Shown here: positions 1 to 8,217 of the stretch, one piece after another
Layout of the letters: each line of letters opens with the position of its first letter
How positions within the stretch are numbered: position 1 is the first letter of the stretch
From: Vulcanimicrobiota bacterium
Lineage (GTDB): Bacteria > Vulcanimicrobiota > Xenobia > Xenobiales > JADMJV01
Direction: 5' to 3'
Assembly (NCBI GenBank): GCA_050250895.1
Contig: JBFWNU010000005.1
Location: 1 to 64,000 of the forward strand
Length of the DNA: 64,000 nucleotides
Notes under the pieces: model-generated
The model's input: the letters and a program-made list of their open reading frames with translations, nothing else
Databases searched by the model: none
Told to the model about the DNA's origin: nothing
Made by a program: the position numbers and the translations under genes

Positions 1-340
1 CTCTCGCTCGGAGGGGGGAGCCTCGCTTTGCTCGGAGTGGGGGGAGCCTCGCTTTGCTCGGAGAGGGGAGCCTCGCTTGGCTCGGAGAGGGGAGCCTCGC
101 TTTGCTCGGAGGGGGGAGCCTCGCTTTGCTCGGAGGGGGGAGCCTCGCTTGGCTCGGAGGGGGGAGCCTCCGCTTTGCTCGGAGAGGGGAGCCTCGCTTT
201 GCTCGGAGAGGGGAGCCTCGCTCTCGCTCGGAGGGGGGAGCCTCGCTTTGCTCGGAGAGGGGGGAGCCTCGCTTTGCTCGGAGAGGCGAGCGTCGCTTGG
301 CTCGGAGAGGGGAGCCTCGCTTTGCTCGGAGAGGGGAGCC
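1..340 (+). repeat. Tandem repeat, about 14 copies of a ~24-bp unit GAGCCTCGCTTTGCTCGGAGAGGG, running off the window start
   Basis: GCTCGGA recurs every 24-26 nt from position 6 to about 324, with no unique spacers. Confidence 0.95.
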
Positions 341-383
341 CCAGGGTTGTGTCTCGATGCGCAAGATATGCTATACGTAGAAC

Positions 384-548
384 ATGTCATCGTATCGCAC
401 TACCATCATTCTGGATGATGAGAGTCGAGAAGCCGCCGAGTTGGCTTTGAAACTAGATTGCTCCATCTCGGAAGCGATTCGAAGGACCATCATTTCCCAT
501 AAGGAGCGAGTGTTCGGAATACCAGAGGAGCACCTTCGCTTGGTATGA
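384..548 (+). CDS. Small ribbon-helix-helix (CopG/VapB-like) protein, 54 aa, not in the ORF track
   Basis: Manual translation MSSYRTTIILDDESREAAELALKLDCSISEAIRRTII... fits the RHH pattern RTTIxLD...SxSEAIR. Confidence 0.65.
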   Translation: MSSYRTTIILDDESREAAELALKLDCSISEAIRRTIISHKERVFGIPEEHLRLV

Positions 549-666
549 GTTCAACCGCGGTCCCAGACTTCCAGAGCAAATCGCAGCCGGGCGGCCTTTT
601 TTTGATGAGGGCGGAGTTCCAGGCGACGCGACCAGACAAGTTGATCCACATGGTGGCTAATGCGAG

Positions 667-1221
667 GTGAAGTCGCGCCGTAGCCTGCTAATCTTGACGG
701 TGGTCTTGCTTGTTTGTGTCGCGGTGGGCTTCTATCTCTCGACGGCGAGCCAGGAGCCGGACTCGGACTCTGAGTTTCGAGACGCTTTGGACACAAGCCA
801 GTTGGCCCTGCTCGAGGCTGCGGACAAGGTCGAGGTCTTCCGCCTGGAAGTCCGTATCACTCCATCTTGGAAGCCGGCCACCACTCACCAGATCGACGGC
901 TTTCCCATCGTGGCAGGGCCCGCGCCGGTCAAACTGGAGGATGTCCGAAGGCTGCGGTGGCTGGTTGGTGAGCAGTGGCACCGAGCGCCTCAACCGTCCT
1001 ATAAGCCTTGTTTGTTCGAGCCCGGCGTTGCCTTCCGTTTCACCCGCCAGAACCAGCAGATGGTCCTCCTCATCTGCCTGCACTGCAACGATTGGAAATT
1101 CCTGGGCCCGAGCGGCGAAGTGTTCCGAGACTGCGATGCTGTGCGACCTGAATTGGTAGAGTTGGTCAAGCACCTCTACCCCGACGACACCGAGATTCAG
1201 AGCCTCGAACCCGAGCTCTAG
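667..1221 (+). CDS. Hypothetical membrane-anchored protein
   Basis: N-terminal TM helix; Cys motifs CLFEPG and LICLHC. Confidence 0.75.
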   Translation: MKSRRSLLILTVVLLVCVAVGFYLSTASQEPDSDSEFRDALDTSQLALLEAADKVEVFRLEVRITPSWKPATTHQIDGFPIVAGPAPVKLEDVRRLRWLVGEQWHRAPQPSYKPCLFEPGVAFRFTRQNQQMVLLICLHCNDWKFLGPSGEVFRDCDAVRPELVELVKHLYPDDTEIQSLEPEL

Positions 1222-1231
1222 CCTAACGGGA

Positions 1232-1597
1232 CTAGGGCCGCTCGACCAGGCTATGGTAGCCATAGAAACGACCGCAGTCCAGGCAGCGCCAGTCATACCA
1301 GGCCGGGGAAATGGGGTCGACGGTGTGAAAGGCCCAGCCGCGGTCGGCGGCTTCTGCCTCGGCCGCCCGGACCGCCGGTTCCTGGTCCTCGTGAGTGCAG
1401 ATGTACATGTAGTAGTCCACCGGTTGGGCCCGGCGACCACCACAATGAGGGCAGACCATGCCCTCGACGTGCGGCACGGGGACCTCGATGCCGGACCAGC
1501 AGCCAATCGGCTCCTCGACCGCCACCTCGGGGGTGGGACGGACGACCAGGGCGGCCAGAACGATCACCAGCGTCAGGACTAACAGATTGTTCTTCAC
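1232..1597 (-). CDS. Membrane-anchored protein with two CxxC motifs (paralog of 2676-3044)
   Basis: Signal/TM segment, CPHC and CLDC; near-identical DNA blocks shared with the paralog. Confidence 0.75.
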   Translation of the reverse strand: MKNNLLVLTLVIVLAALVVRPTPEVAVEEPIGCWSGIEVPVPHVEGMVCPHCGGRRAQPVDYYMYICTHEDQEPAVRAAEAEAADRGWAFHTVDPISPAWYDWRCLDCGRFYGYHSLVERP

Positions 1598-1677
1598 GAG
1601 CCGACTTTCGACTTAGACTGAGTCGTGGTTCATGAACCGCTGGGCCCGTCCATCCGTAGCGTCCTTTGGAGGACGCC

Positions 1678-1908
1678 ATGGCGAGCTGGAAAAAGTTGTT
1701 GATAGTCTTGAGTTCATTGAGTTTGCTGATCGGGGTGGTCGTCTATCGTAGCCGACCCAAGCAGGCACCGCTGAACTTCAACAGTTCCAAGAGCGGAGCC
1801 GCCCTCGATATGTATGATGTCGACCCGATGCCTTCTGGCTATACCATCTGGGCGACCTCGTCCAAGCACTCTGGCCAGGTGGTCGGACCAGAGGATTTGG
1901 CGCCGTGA
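1678..1908 (+). CDS. Small hypothetical membrane protein coupled to the desaturase gene
   Basis: GGAGG RBS before ATG 1678; TM helix; stop overlaps next start (GTGA). Confidence 0.65.
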   Translation: MASWKKLLIVLSSLSLLIGVVVYRSRPKQAPLNFNSSKSGAALDMYDVDPMPSGYTIWATSSKHSGQVVGPEDLAP

Positions 1909-2669
1909 TCTACGCCAAGTTACTTATTGCCACCGCGCTAAGCTTTGGGCTTCTCACGGTGATGTTCAGGCCACTCGAACTCGCCTTCCCAGCTCGGACC
2001 GGCCAGCGGTTCTTCCGACCGGACTGGTGGACCGACCTGTGTTACTTTCTAGGTCAGTACCTGTTCTGGAACGGACTGGTCATCGGACTACTGGCTCATT
2101 GGGGAGAGTGGCTCCACAGCCTGGTGCCGTTTGGGTTTCGCGAGGCCGTCGCTCATCAACCGTGGTGGTTGCAGGCCGTCCTGGTCGTAGGCTTGAGCGA
2201 CTTCTGCATCTATTGGGGGCACCGACTCCAGCATCGGGTTGACTTCCTGTGGCGCTTCCACGCGGTGCACCACAGCGCCGAGCATCTTGATTGGTTGGCC
2301 GCCCACCGCGAACATCCCCTGGATTCTCTCTACACGATCGGCATCATCAACTTGCCCGCCTTCATCCTGGGATTTCCGCTCCAGACGCTGGCCGGCCTGA
2401 TCGCCTTTCGAGGACTCTGGGCCATTTACATACACTCTAACGTGCGTCTGCCCATCGGGCCGCTGGGTGTACTGCTTGGAGCGCCCGAACTCCATCACTG
2501 GCATCACGATCGGGAGCGCGATGCGGGCAACTACGCCAATATCTGTCCACTGATGGATGTTCTCTTCGGCACCTACAGCTGTCCCGACTACGAGCCCGAA
2601 CACTTCGGCCTGCGGAACCCCCTCCCGCGGGGCTATCTGGCCCAACTGCTCTATCCCTTTCGACGATAG
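1905..2669 (+). CDS. Sterol desaturase / fatty acid hydroxylase family protein
   Basis: His boxes HRLQH, HAVHH, HSN and HHWHH; multiple TM helices. Confidence 0.93.
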   Translation: MIYAKLLIATALSFGLLTVMFRPLELAFPARTGQRFFRPDWWTDLCYFLGQYLFWNGLVIGLLAHWGEWLHSLVPFGFREAVAHQPWWLQAVLVVGLSDFCIYWGHRLQHRVDFLWRFHAVHHSAEHLDWLAAHREHPLDSLYTIGIINLPAFILGFPLQTLAGLIAFRGLWAIYIHSNVRLPIGPLGVLLGAPELHHWHHDRERDAGNYANICPLMDVLFGTYSCPDYEPEHFGLRNPLPRGYLAQLLYPFRR

Positions 2670-2675
2670 AGTCGC

Positions 2676-3044
2676 TTAGTCCAGGAGGAAGTGATGCAGG
2701 TTGTAAAGGCTGTCGCAATCCAGGCACTTCCAATCGTGATAGGGCCAGCCGATGAAGCACTGATGTTTCTCGACTATATAACCCGCAGCGGTCAATTGCG
2801 CCTCCTCGGCCTCGCGCTGATGAACCTCTTGAAGACCCTCAGGGACGCACGAGAGATGCACTTGAGCCACCGGTTGGGCCCGGCGACTTCGGCAGTTGGG
2901 GCAGACCATGCCCTCGACCTTCGGCACGGGGACCTCGATGCCGGACCAGCCAATCGGCTCGGCGGCCACCACCTCTTGAATCGGACGAACCAGCCACGCT
3001 GTGGCCACCAGCAGGACAGCTAGAGAGAACAGGTTGCGCTTCAC
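2676..3044 (-). CDS. Membrane-anchored two-CxxC protein (paralog of 1232-1597)
   Basis: GTG start VKRNLFSL...; shares EPIG-WSGIEVPVP-VEGMVCP and DWxCLDC. Confidence 0.75.
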   Translation of the reverse strand: MKRNLFSLAVLLVATAWLVRPIQEVVAAEPIGWSGIEVPVPKVEGMVCPNCRSRRAQPVAQVHLSCVPEGLQEVHQREAEEAQLTAAGYIVEKHQCFIGWPYHDWKCLDCDSLYNLHHFLLD

Positions 3045-3104
3045 CTGCTGTTTACGCTCCCCGCCTTCGAGGGGTTCAAGCCTACCAAGCCCGAACGGAC
3101 GAAG

Positions 3105-3767
3105 ATGAAACTCCTCATTACCGGCGCTGCCAACGGCATCGGCCGTGCCCTGGCCGATGCGTTCGAAGAGGACGGCGCCACGGTGCTCAGAGTCGATAAG
3201 GAGGCCTGCCAATACCAGGTTGATCTCAGCCAGCCCGCGGCCATCGAAGAACTCGTCGCAAACCTGGACGGGCCCCTCGATGGCTTGGTCAACAACGCCG
3301 GCGTGATGGTGCGAAAGCCTCCCGAACAACTCACCCTCGAGGAGTGGAATCGCGTGCTCGCCACCAACCTCACCGCCCCGTTCTTGCTGACCCGAGGACT
3401 GGCGGCGCGGCTGCGAGAGGGGAGGGGCCGGGTCGTCAACATCGCCTCCACCCGGGCGCTCATGTCCGAGCCCAACACCGAGGCCTACGCCGCCAGCAAA
3501 GGCGGTCTGGTGGCTCTCACCCACTGCCTGGCCGTCAGCCTCGGACCCGAAATCACGGTCAATTGCATCAGCCCCGGCTGGATCGACACCAAGGGCGAAG
3601 AACTCCGCCCCGAAGACCACGCCCAACACCCCGCGGGCCGGGTTGGCACACCCGCTGACGTCGTGGGTCTGGTGCGTTATCTGCTCTCGGAAGAAGCGGG
3701 CTTTGTGACCGGCTCCAACTTCGTCATCGACGGTGGCATGACGCGCAAGATGATCTACGTGCCATAG
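3105..3767 (+). CDS. Short-chain dehydrogenase/reductase (SDR)
   Basis: TGAANGIG, NNAG, YAASK and NCISPG motifs. Confidence 0.95.
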   Translation: MKLLITGAANGIGRALADAFEEDGATVLRVDKEACQYQVDLSQPAAIEELVANLDGPLDGLVNNAGVMVRKPPEQLTLEEWNRVLATNLTAPFLLTRGLAARLREGRGRVVNIASTRALMSEPNTEAYAASKGGLVALTHCLAVSLGPEITVNCISPGWIDTKGEELRPEDHAQHPAGRVGTPADVVGLVRYLLSEEAGFVTGSNFVIDGGMTRKMIYVP

Positions 3768-3778
3768 GCGAAAGAACG

Positions 3779-4190
3779 AAACCGCGGGGGGCAGGCGCCC
3801 ATAAACCGCCGAGCCGCGAAGGCGCCGAGAGGGTCGTGTCTCTCGAGGGGTGAGCACTCCAATGGGGAACGAGGGGGGCGGAATTTTTGGAAGCGGACGT
3901 GGGAGGCGAGCACGGTATCGTGCGAGCCCCACCTGGCCCCACCACGCGCCTCCATCCCAATTAAACAAGCCGTTCCAAGCCACGCCCACCGACCTTCAAC
4001 AGGCCACTAGGCAGCAGCGCCAATTCTGACCTCTGCGCCTGGCGGTTTCCACAACCAGCGCTCCCCCTCGGCCAACGCCCTCTCCTCCGCGACCCACCGC
4101 GGACCTCCGCGGTTTCCCCAAGTCGAGCGCCCACCCCTCGGCGCCTCGGCGATCTCGGCGGTTTCACGCTCCCGCGACCCCCGCGGTTTT
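3779..4190. repeat. Non-coding segment bounded by imperfect ~55-bp inverted repeats (MITE/REP-like)
   Basis: Left AAACCGCGGGGG..AAACCGCCGAG..GGCGCCGAG matches the reverse complement of about 4137-4190. Confidence 0.5.
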
Positions 4191-4209
4191 TCACCAACGA
4201 GCGCTCCCG

Positions 4210-4314
4210 TCAGTCTTTTTTCTTCTCTTTGTCCTGAGCTTCTTTGGCGGCTTCCCACTCGAGCTGGTCGAGCTTGATCTCGTCGGGTTTGGGCTTTTTC
4301 TTCTTGTCAGACAT
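4210..4314 (-). CDS. Small charged peptide, 34 aa (MSDKKKKPKPDEIKLDQLEWEAAKEAQDKEKKKD)
   Basis: TATGCT -10 box 6 nt upstream of ATG, as for other apparently leaderless genes here. Confidence 0.5.
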   Translation of the reverse strand: MSDKKKKPKPDEIKLDQLEWEAAKEAQDKEKKKD

Positions 4315-4405
4315 AGCCTGAGCATAGCTGATTTCAGGCCGAAAAGACACCTCCCGTTGGCCGGATAAGGGGGATTCTAACGGTCCATGAGACGAAAGAA
4401 CGGGC

Positions 4406-5365
4406 ATGCTCGAACTCAGTCAAAGAGTGCCCGAACTGGGCCAGATCGAGAAGGTCAAGCCGCTGCTGGGAGGCGCCTGCCAAGAGAACCTGCTGGTGAC
4501 CACCGCCAGCGGGCGTTTCGTGCTGCGCAGCGACGCGGCCAGTTCGCTGCCGGGCAGCTTGTCGCGACGCAAAGAGTTCGCCGTCATTGCGGCCGCCCGC
4601 CAGGCCGGAGTGCTCACCCCCGAGGCCCGTTGGCTCACCAAGGACTTGCTACGCCCCGGGGCCGACGCCTACTTTCTCGATTTCGTCGAAGGCATCGCCC
4701 TGGGAGGCAAAGTGGTGCGCGAGCCGGCCCTGGAGGGGGCCAGAGCCGTCTTGCCAGAGCAGTTGGCCACTAACCTGGCCCGCTTGCACCAGGTCGAGCA
4801 GGCCGAGGTCGAACTCGAGCGACCCGACGATCCCATCGCGGCCGGAATGAAGATGCAGCGCCAGACCCTTGACCGCTTGCCCCAGAAGCGTCCGGGTCTC
4901 GAACTGGCTTACCGATGGCTCGACTGCAGCCGGCCCGCGAAGAGACCGGTGCGGCTCACTCACGGAGACTATCGGGTGGGCAATTTTCTGGTCGATACCA
5001 GCGGCTTGAAGGCCGTGCTCGATTGGGAATTTGCTCACTGGGGCGACCCGGTCGAGGACCTGGCCTGGTTGTGCGTGCGCGACTGGCGCTTTGGCAACCT
5101 GGCCCGAGCGGCCGGCGGGCTGACCTCGAGAGGAGAGTTCTGCCAGCTGTACCGTCAGGCCGGCGGAGACGAGGTCGACCCGGCCGTGCTTCACTGGTGG
5201 GAGGTCTTTGGCAACCTGCGCTGGGGAGCCGGGGCCCTGGCTCAGGGCCTGCGCTTTCTCGAGGCCGGCGAGCCGCGCATCGAGCTTCTGGCCATCGCCC
5301 GCCGAGTGGCCGAGATGGAATATGAGGCGGTGCGTCTCATCGAACGCGGGCCGGAAAAATGGTGA
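4406..5365 (+). CDS. APH-family phosphotransferase (LvaA / ACAD10-11 kinase-domain-like)
   Basis: HGDYRVGN, LDWEFAHWGDP and DLAWLCVRDWRFG motifs. Confidence 0.9.
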   Translation: MLELSQRVPELGQIEKVKPLLGGACQENLLVTTASGRFVLRSDAASSLPGSLSRRKEFAVIAAARQAGVLTPEARWLTKDLLRPGADAYFLDFVEGIALGGKVVREPALEGARAVLPEQLATNLARLHQVEQAEVELERPDDPIAAGMKMQRQTLDRLPQKRPGLELAYRWLDCSRPAKRPVRLTHGDYRVGNFLVDTSGLKAVLDWEFAHWGDPVEDLAWLCVRDWRFGNLARAAGGLTSRGEFCQLYRQAGGDEVDPAVLHWWEVFGNLRWGAGALAQGLRFLEAGEPRIELLAIARRVAEMEYEAVRLIERGPEKW

Positions 5366-5946
5366 GCCGGGTCGAAGACTTCACCGTGACACTCCCGATT
5401 GACCGCGAGAGGTTTTGGACCTATGACGACTATCGCCAACTGCCCGATGACGGACAGCGCTACGAAGTCATCCACGGGAGGCTGTACGTGACGCCGGCCC
5501 CCAGGACCTTTCACCAGACCGTCTCGCGCCGGCTGCAAGACCTGCTTTATGATCTCGAGCGCGGTGGCAAGGGCTATGTCTTCAACGCTCCCGTCGAGGT
5601 GTTGATGCCGGGGGCCACTCCGGTCCAGCCCGACCTGGTCTACTTGACCCGTCAGCAGAAAGAACTGATCACCGAAAAGTCGATCGAGGGGGCACCCCAC
5701 CTCATCGTCGAGATTCTTTCGCCCTCCACGGCCTCGCGCGATCGCACCCTCAAGCTGAACGTCTATGCCAAAGCGGGCGTGCCCAACTATTGGATTCTCG
5801 ACCCCGCCGCTCAGACCCTCGAGGTGTTCGAGCTGACCGACTCCGGCTATCGGGTGGCGGCGGCCCTGGGGGCTGAGGAAACCTTCGAGGCTCACTCGGT
5901 CGAGGGTCTGATCATCAAGCTGCCGGAGCTGTTTGCCCCCCTCTGA
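5359..5946 (+). CDS. Uma2-family PD-(D/E)xK endonuclease-like protein
   Basis: WTYDDY..LPDDG.RYE, QPDL, P.LIVEILSPST..RD, Y...GVPNYWILDP. Confidence 0.92.
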   Translation: MVSRVEDFTVTLPIDRERFWTYDDYRQLPDDGQRYEVIHGRLYVTPAPRTFHQTVSRRLQDLLYDLERGGKGYVFNAPVEVLMPGATPVQPDLVYLTRQQKELITEKSIEGAPHLIVEILSPSTASRDRTLKLNVYAKAGVPNYWILDPAAQTLEVFELTDSGYRVAAALGAEETFEAHSVEGLIIKLPELFAPL

Positions 5947-6302
5947 TGCTGCCCTCACCTGACGCACTCACCATCTTGCAAGCGGTGTCGACTGCGCTCG
6001 ACGGCACCGCCCGCGAGAGTCAAGACCCGGCCCTGTCGTTTAAGTTGCGGTTGACGGCCGGGCTGGTATCGATGGTGGGGCGCGAGCTGGCCCATCCCGG
6101 TGACGAGGCGGCCCGATTAAGTGAGTTCTTCCAGTCGGATGCGCCCGTCGAGGCCTTGCGAGAGCGACTGCTCGAGGCAATCGAGCAGGCCGAGCCCGAA
6201 AGCCCAGAATGGCAGCGCTTGACGGCCTATGTCAAGACCGATCTGGCTCACCAGTTGAAGGTCATCCAGCCGCGTTTTGATACCTCCGGGGAGCCGGCTT
6301 GA
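5946..6302 (+). CDS. DUF6285-like small protein (LvaB-like partner of the phosphotransferase)
   Basis: P....LQAV...L, F..R....L..MV.REL and QLKVIQPRF; operon context. Confidence 0.65.
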   Translation: MLPSPDALTILQAVSTALDGTARESQDPALSFKLRLTAGLVSMVGRELAHPGDEAARLSEFFQSDAPVEALRERLLEAIEQAEPESPEWQRLTAYVKTDLAHQLKVIQPRFDTSGEPA

Positions 6303-7462
6303 ACGCACTGCGCGCCCGGGTGCGGGCCTTTGTCGACGAGCAGATCTTGCCGGTAGAAGAGACCATCTTCGCCGAAGACCGCCAGGGCCATCGCCAGACT
6401 TTGCAGGACCTGCAAGAGAAGGCGCGCCAGGCCGGCCTGTGGACTCCTCACCTGCCGCCCGAGTGGGGCGGGCTGGGCCTGGGGGTGATGGGTATGGCTA
6501 CCCTGTTTCGCGACATGGGTCGCTCGCTGGTGGGGCCCAAGGTGTTTCATTGCGATGCCCCCGACCAGGGCAACATGGACCTGCTGTTACACCAGGCCGA
6601 CCCGAGCCAGCGCGAGCGCTATTTGCGCCCCCTGGTCGAGGGCAAGATCACCAGCGCTTTCTGCATGACCGAGCCGGCCCCGGGGGCCGGCGCCGACCCT
6701 TCCAATCTGCGCACCAGCGCTCGGCCCGACGGCGCTGACTGGATCATCGACGGCCTCAAGTGGTACAGCACAGGCGGAGCCACGGCCGCCTTTCTGGTGG
6801 TAATGGCCCGCACGGGCGAGAGCGAGGCCACTCTTTTTCTGGTCGACCGCCAGGCCGAAGGGGTCGAGCATGTGCGCAACATCGCGGTGATGGGCGACGA
6901 GTTTCTCGACCACCACGAGGCAGAGTTGCGGTTCACCGGCGTGCGGGTGGCCGGCGAGGCGGTGCTGGGCGAAGTGGGGCAGGGCTTTCGCCTGGCCCAG
7001 GCCAGGCTGGTTCCGGCTCGGTTGACCCACTGCATGCGCTGGCTAGGACTGGCCGATCGGGCCCTTTCGATGTGCCGGGAATACCTGGAGAGAAGGCAGA
7101 GCTTCGGCAAGCCTCTAGCCCGCCATCAGGCCATGCAACAGTTGGTGGCAGACAACGCCATCGCCATCCACTCGGGCAACCTGATGACCATGCATTGCGC
7201 CGGATTGTTCGAGCAAGACAACGATCCGCGCCTCGTGAGAGCTTATTCTTCGATGGCCAAAAAGCAGGTGGCTCAGACCCTGTGCAAGGTGCTCGATGAC
7301 GCTATTCAGATGCACGGCGGGCTCGGCTACAGTGACGATATGCCTTTTGCTCGTTGGTATCGGTGGGCGCGGGCGGCCCGCATCGCCGATGGTCCCGACG
7401 AGGTCCACCAGATGGTCATCGCCCGCGAGTTTTTGGCCGGCCGGCTGGAGCTGTTGACGTGA
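6299..7462 (+). CDS. Acyl-CoA dehydrogenase (ACAD10/11, LvaC-like)
   Basis: APDQGNM, SAFCMTEP, IQMHGG and RIADGPDEVH. Confidence 0.93.
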   Translation: MNALRARVRAFVDEQILPVEETIFAEDRQGHRQTLQDLQEKARQAGLWTPHLPPEWGGLGLGVMGMATLFRDMGRSLVGPKVFHCDAPDQGNMDLLLHQADPSQRERYLRPLVEGKITSAFCMTEPAPGAGADPSNLRTSARPDGADWIIDGLKWYSTGGATAAFLVVMARTGESEATLFLVDRQAEGVEHVRNIAVMGDEFLDHHEAELRFTGVRVAGEAVLGEVGQGFRLAQARLVPARLTHCMRWLGLADRALSMCREYLERRQSFGKPLARHQAMQQLVADNAIAIHSGNLMTMHCAGLFEQDNDPRLVRAYSSMAKKQVAQTLCKVLDDAIQMHGGLGYSDDMPFARWYRWARAARIADGPDEVHQMVIAREFLAGRLELLT

Positions 7463-8217
7463 TCGACATCGAGCGGGGCGAGCGAGTTTGGGTGGTCACC
7501 ATCGACCGGCCTCAAAAGCGCAACGCCGTCGACCGCGCCACGGCCGAAGCGCTTAGCCAGGCCTTTGACGAGTTCGAGGCCTCCCCGGCCTGCGTGGCCG
7601 TACTGACAGGAGCGGGCGGAACGTTTTGTGCCGGGGCCGACCTCAAGGCCGTGGCCGAAGGTCATCCCAACCGTCTCGAGCCTGACGGCGAGGGGCCGAT
7701 GGGCCCAACCCGCAAGCTGCTGAGCAAGCCAGTCATCGCGGCCGTGGAAGGGTATGCGGTGGCCGGAGGGTTGGAGCTGGCCTTGTGGTGCGATTTGCGA
7801 GTGGCCGCCAGAGGTGCCGTCTTCGGGGTGTTCTGTCGTCGCTTTGGAGTGCCGTTAATCGATGGGGGGACCATTCGTCTGCCCCGGCTGATCGGGCAGT
7901 CGCGAGCGCTGGACATGGTCTTGACCGGGCGACCCGTCCCTGCCGAAGAGGCGCTGAGCTTCGGTTTGGTCAACCGGCTGGTGGAAGACGGAGAGGCGCT
8001 CGCAGCGGCCAGGCAGTTGGCCGACGAGTTGGCCGCCCTGCCTCAGGCATGTCTTAGGGCCGACCGGCACTCGCTTCTAAGCCAGTGGGACCTGCCAATG
8101 GACGAAGCCCTGACCCACGAGTTTTTGGGGGGCCGGCCCGCCCTCGATGCCGAGGGCATGGGCGGCGCGCGCCGTTTTCAGGCGGGCCAGGGCCGTCACG
8201 GCCTAGCCTCCGGCTAG
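7459..8217 (+). CDS. Enoyl-CoA hydratase/crotonase family protein
   Basis: FCAGADLK, AVAGGLELALWCD and GVPLIDGGT; GTG overlaps the upstream stop. Confidence 0.93.
   Translation: MIDIERGERVWVVTIDRPQKRNAVDRATAEALSQAFDEFEASPACVAVLTGAGGTFCAGADLKAVAEGHPNRLEPDGEGPMGPTRKLLSKPVIAAVEGYAVAGGLELALWCDLRVAARGAVFGVFCRRFGVPLIDGGTIRLPRLIGQSRALDMVLTGRPVPAEEALSFGLVNRLVEDGEALAAARQLADELAALPQACLRADRHSLLSQWDLPMDEALTHEFLGGRPALDAEGMGGARRFQAGQGRHGLASG

Noticed and set aside
1-340. Possible CRISPR array, or the coding ORFs 28-450, 54-380 and 77-418
   Set aside because: Units abut with no unique spacers and no cas genes are present; the ORFs are translations of the repeat with frame-breaking indels.
545-670. Toxin partner downstream of the first RHH gene
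   Set aside because: The overlapping 41-codon ORF (MSSTAVPDF...) has no PIN, RelE or MazF features.
3045-3989. N-terminal ~315 aa of ORF 2676-3989 (-)
   Set aside because: Antisense shadow of the SDR gene; only the part from GTG 3044 matches the paralog.
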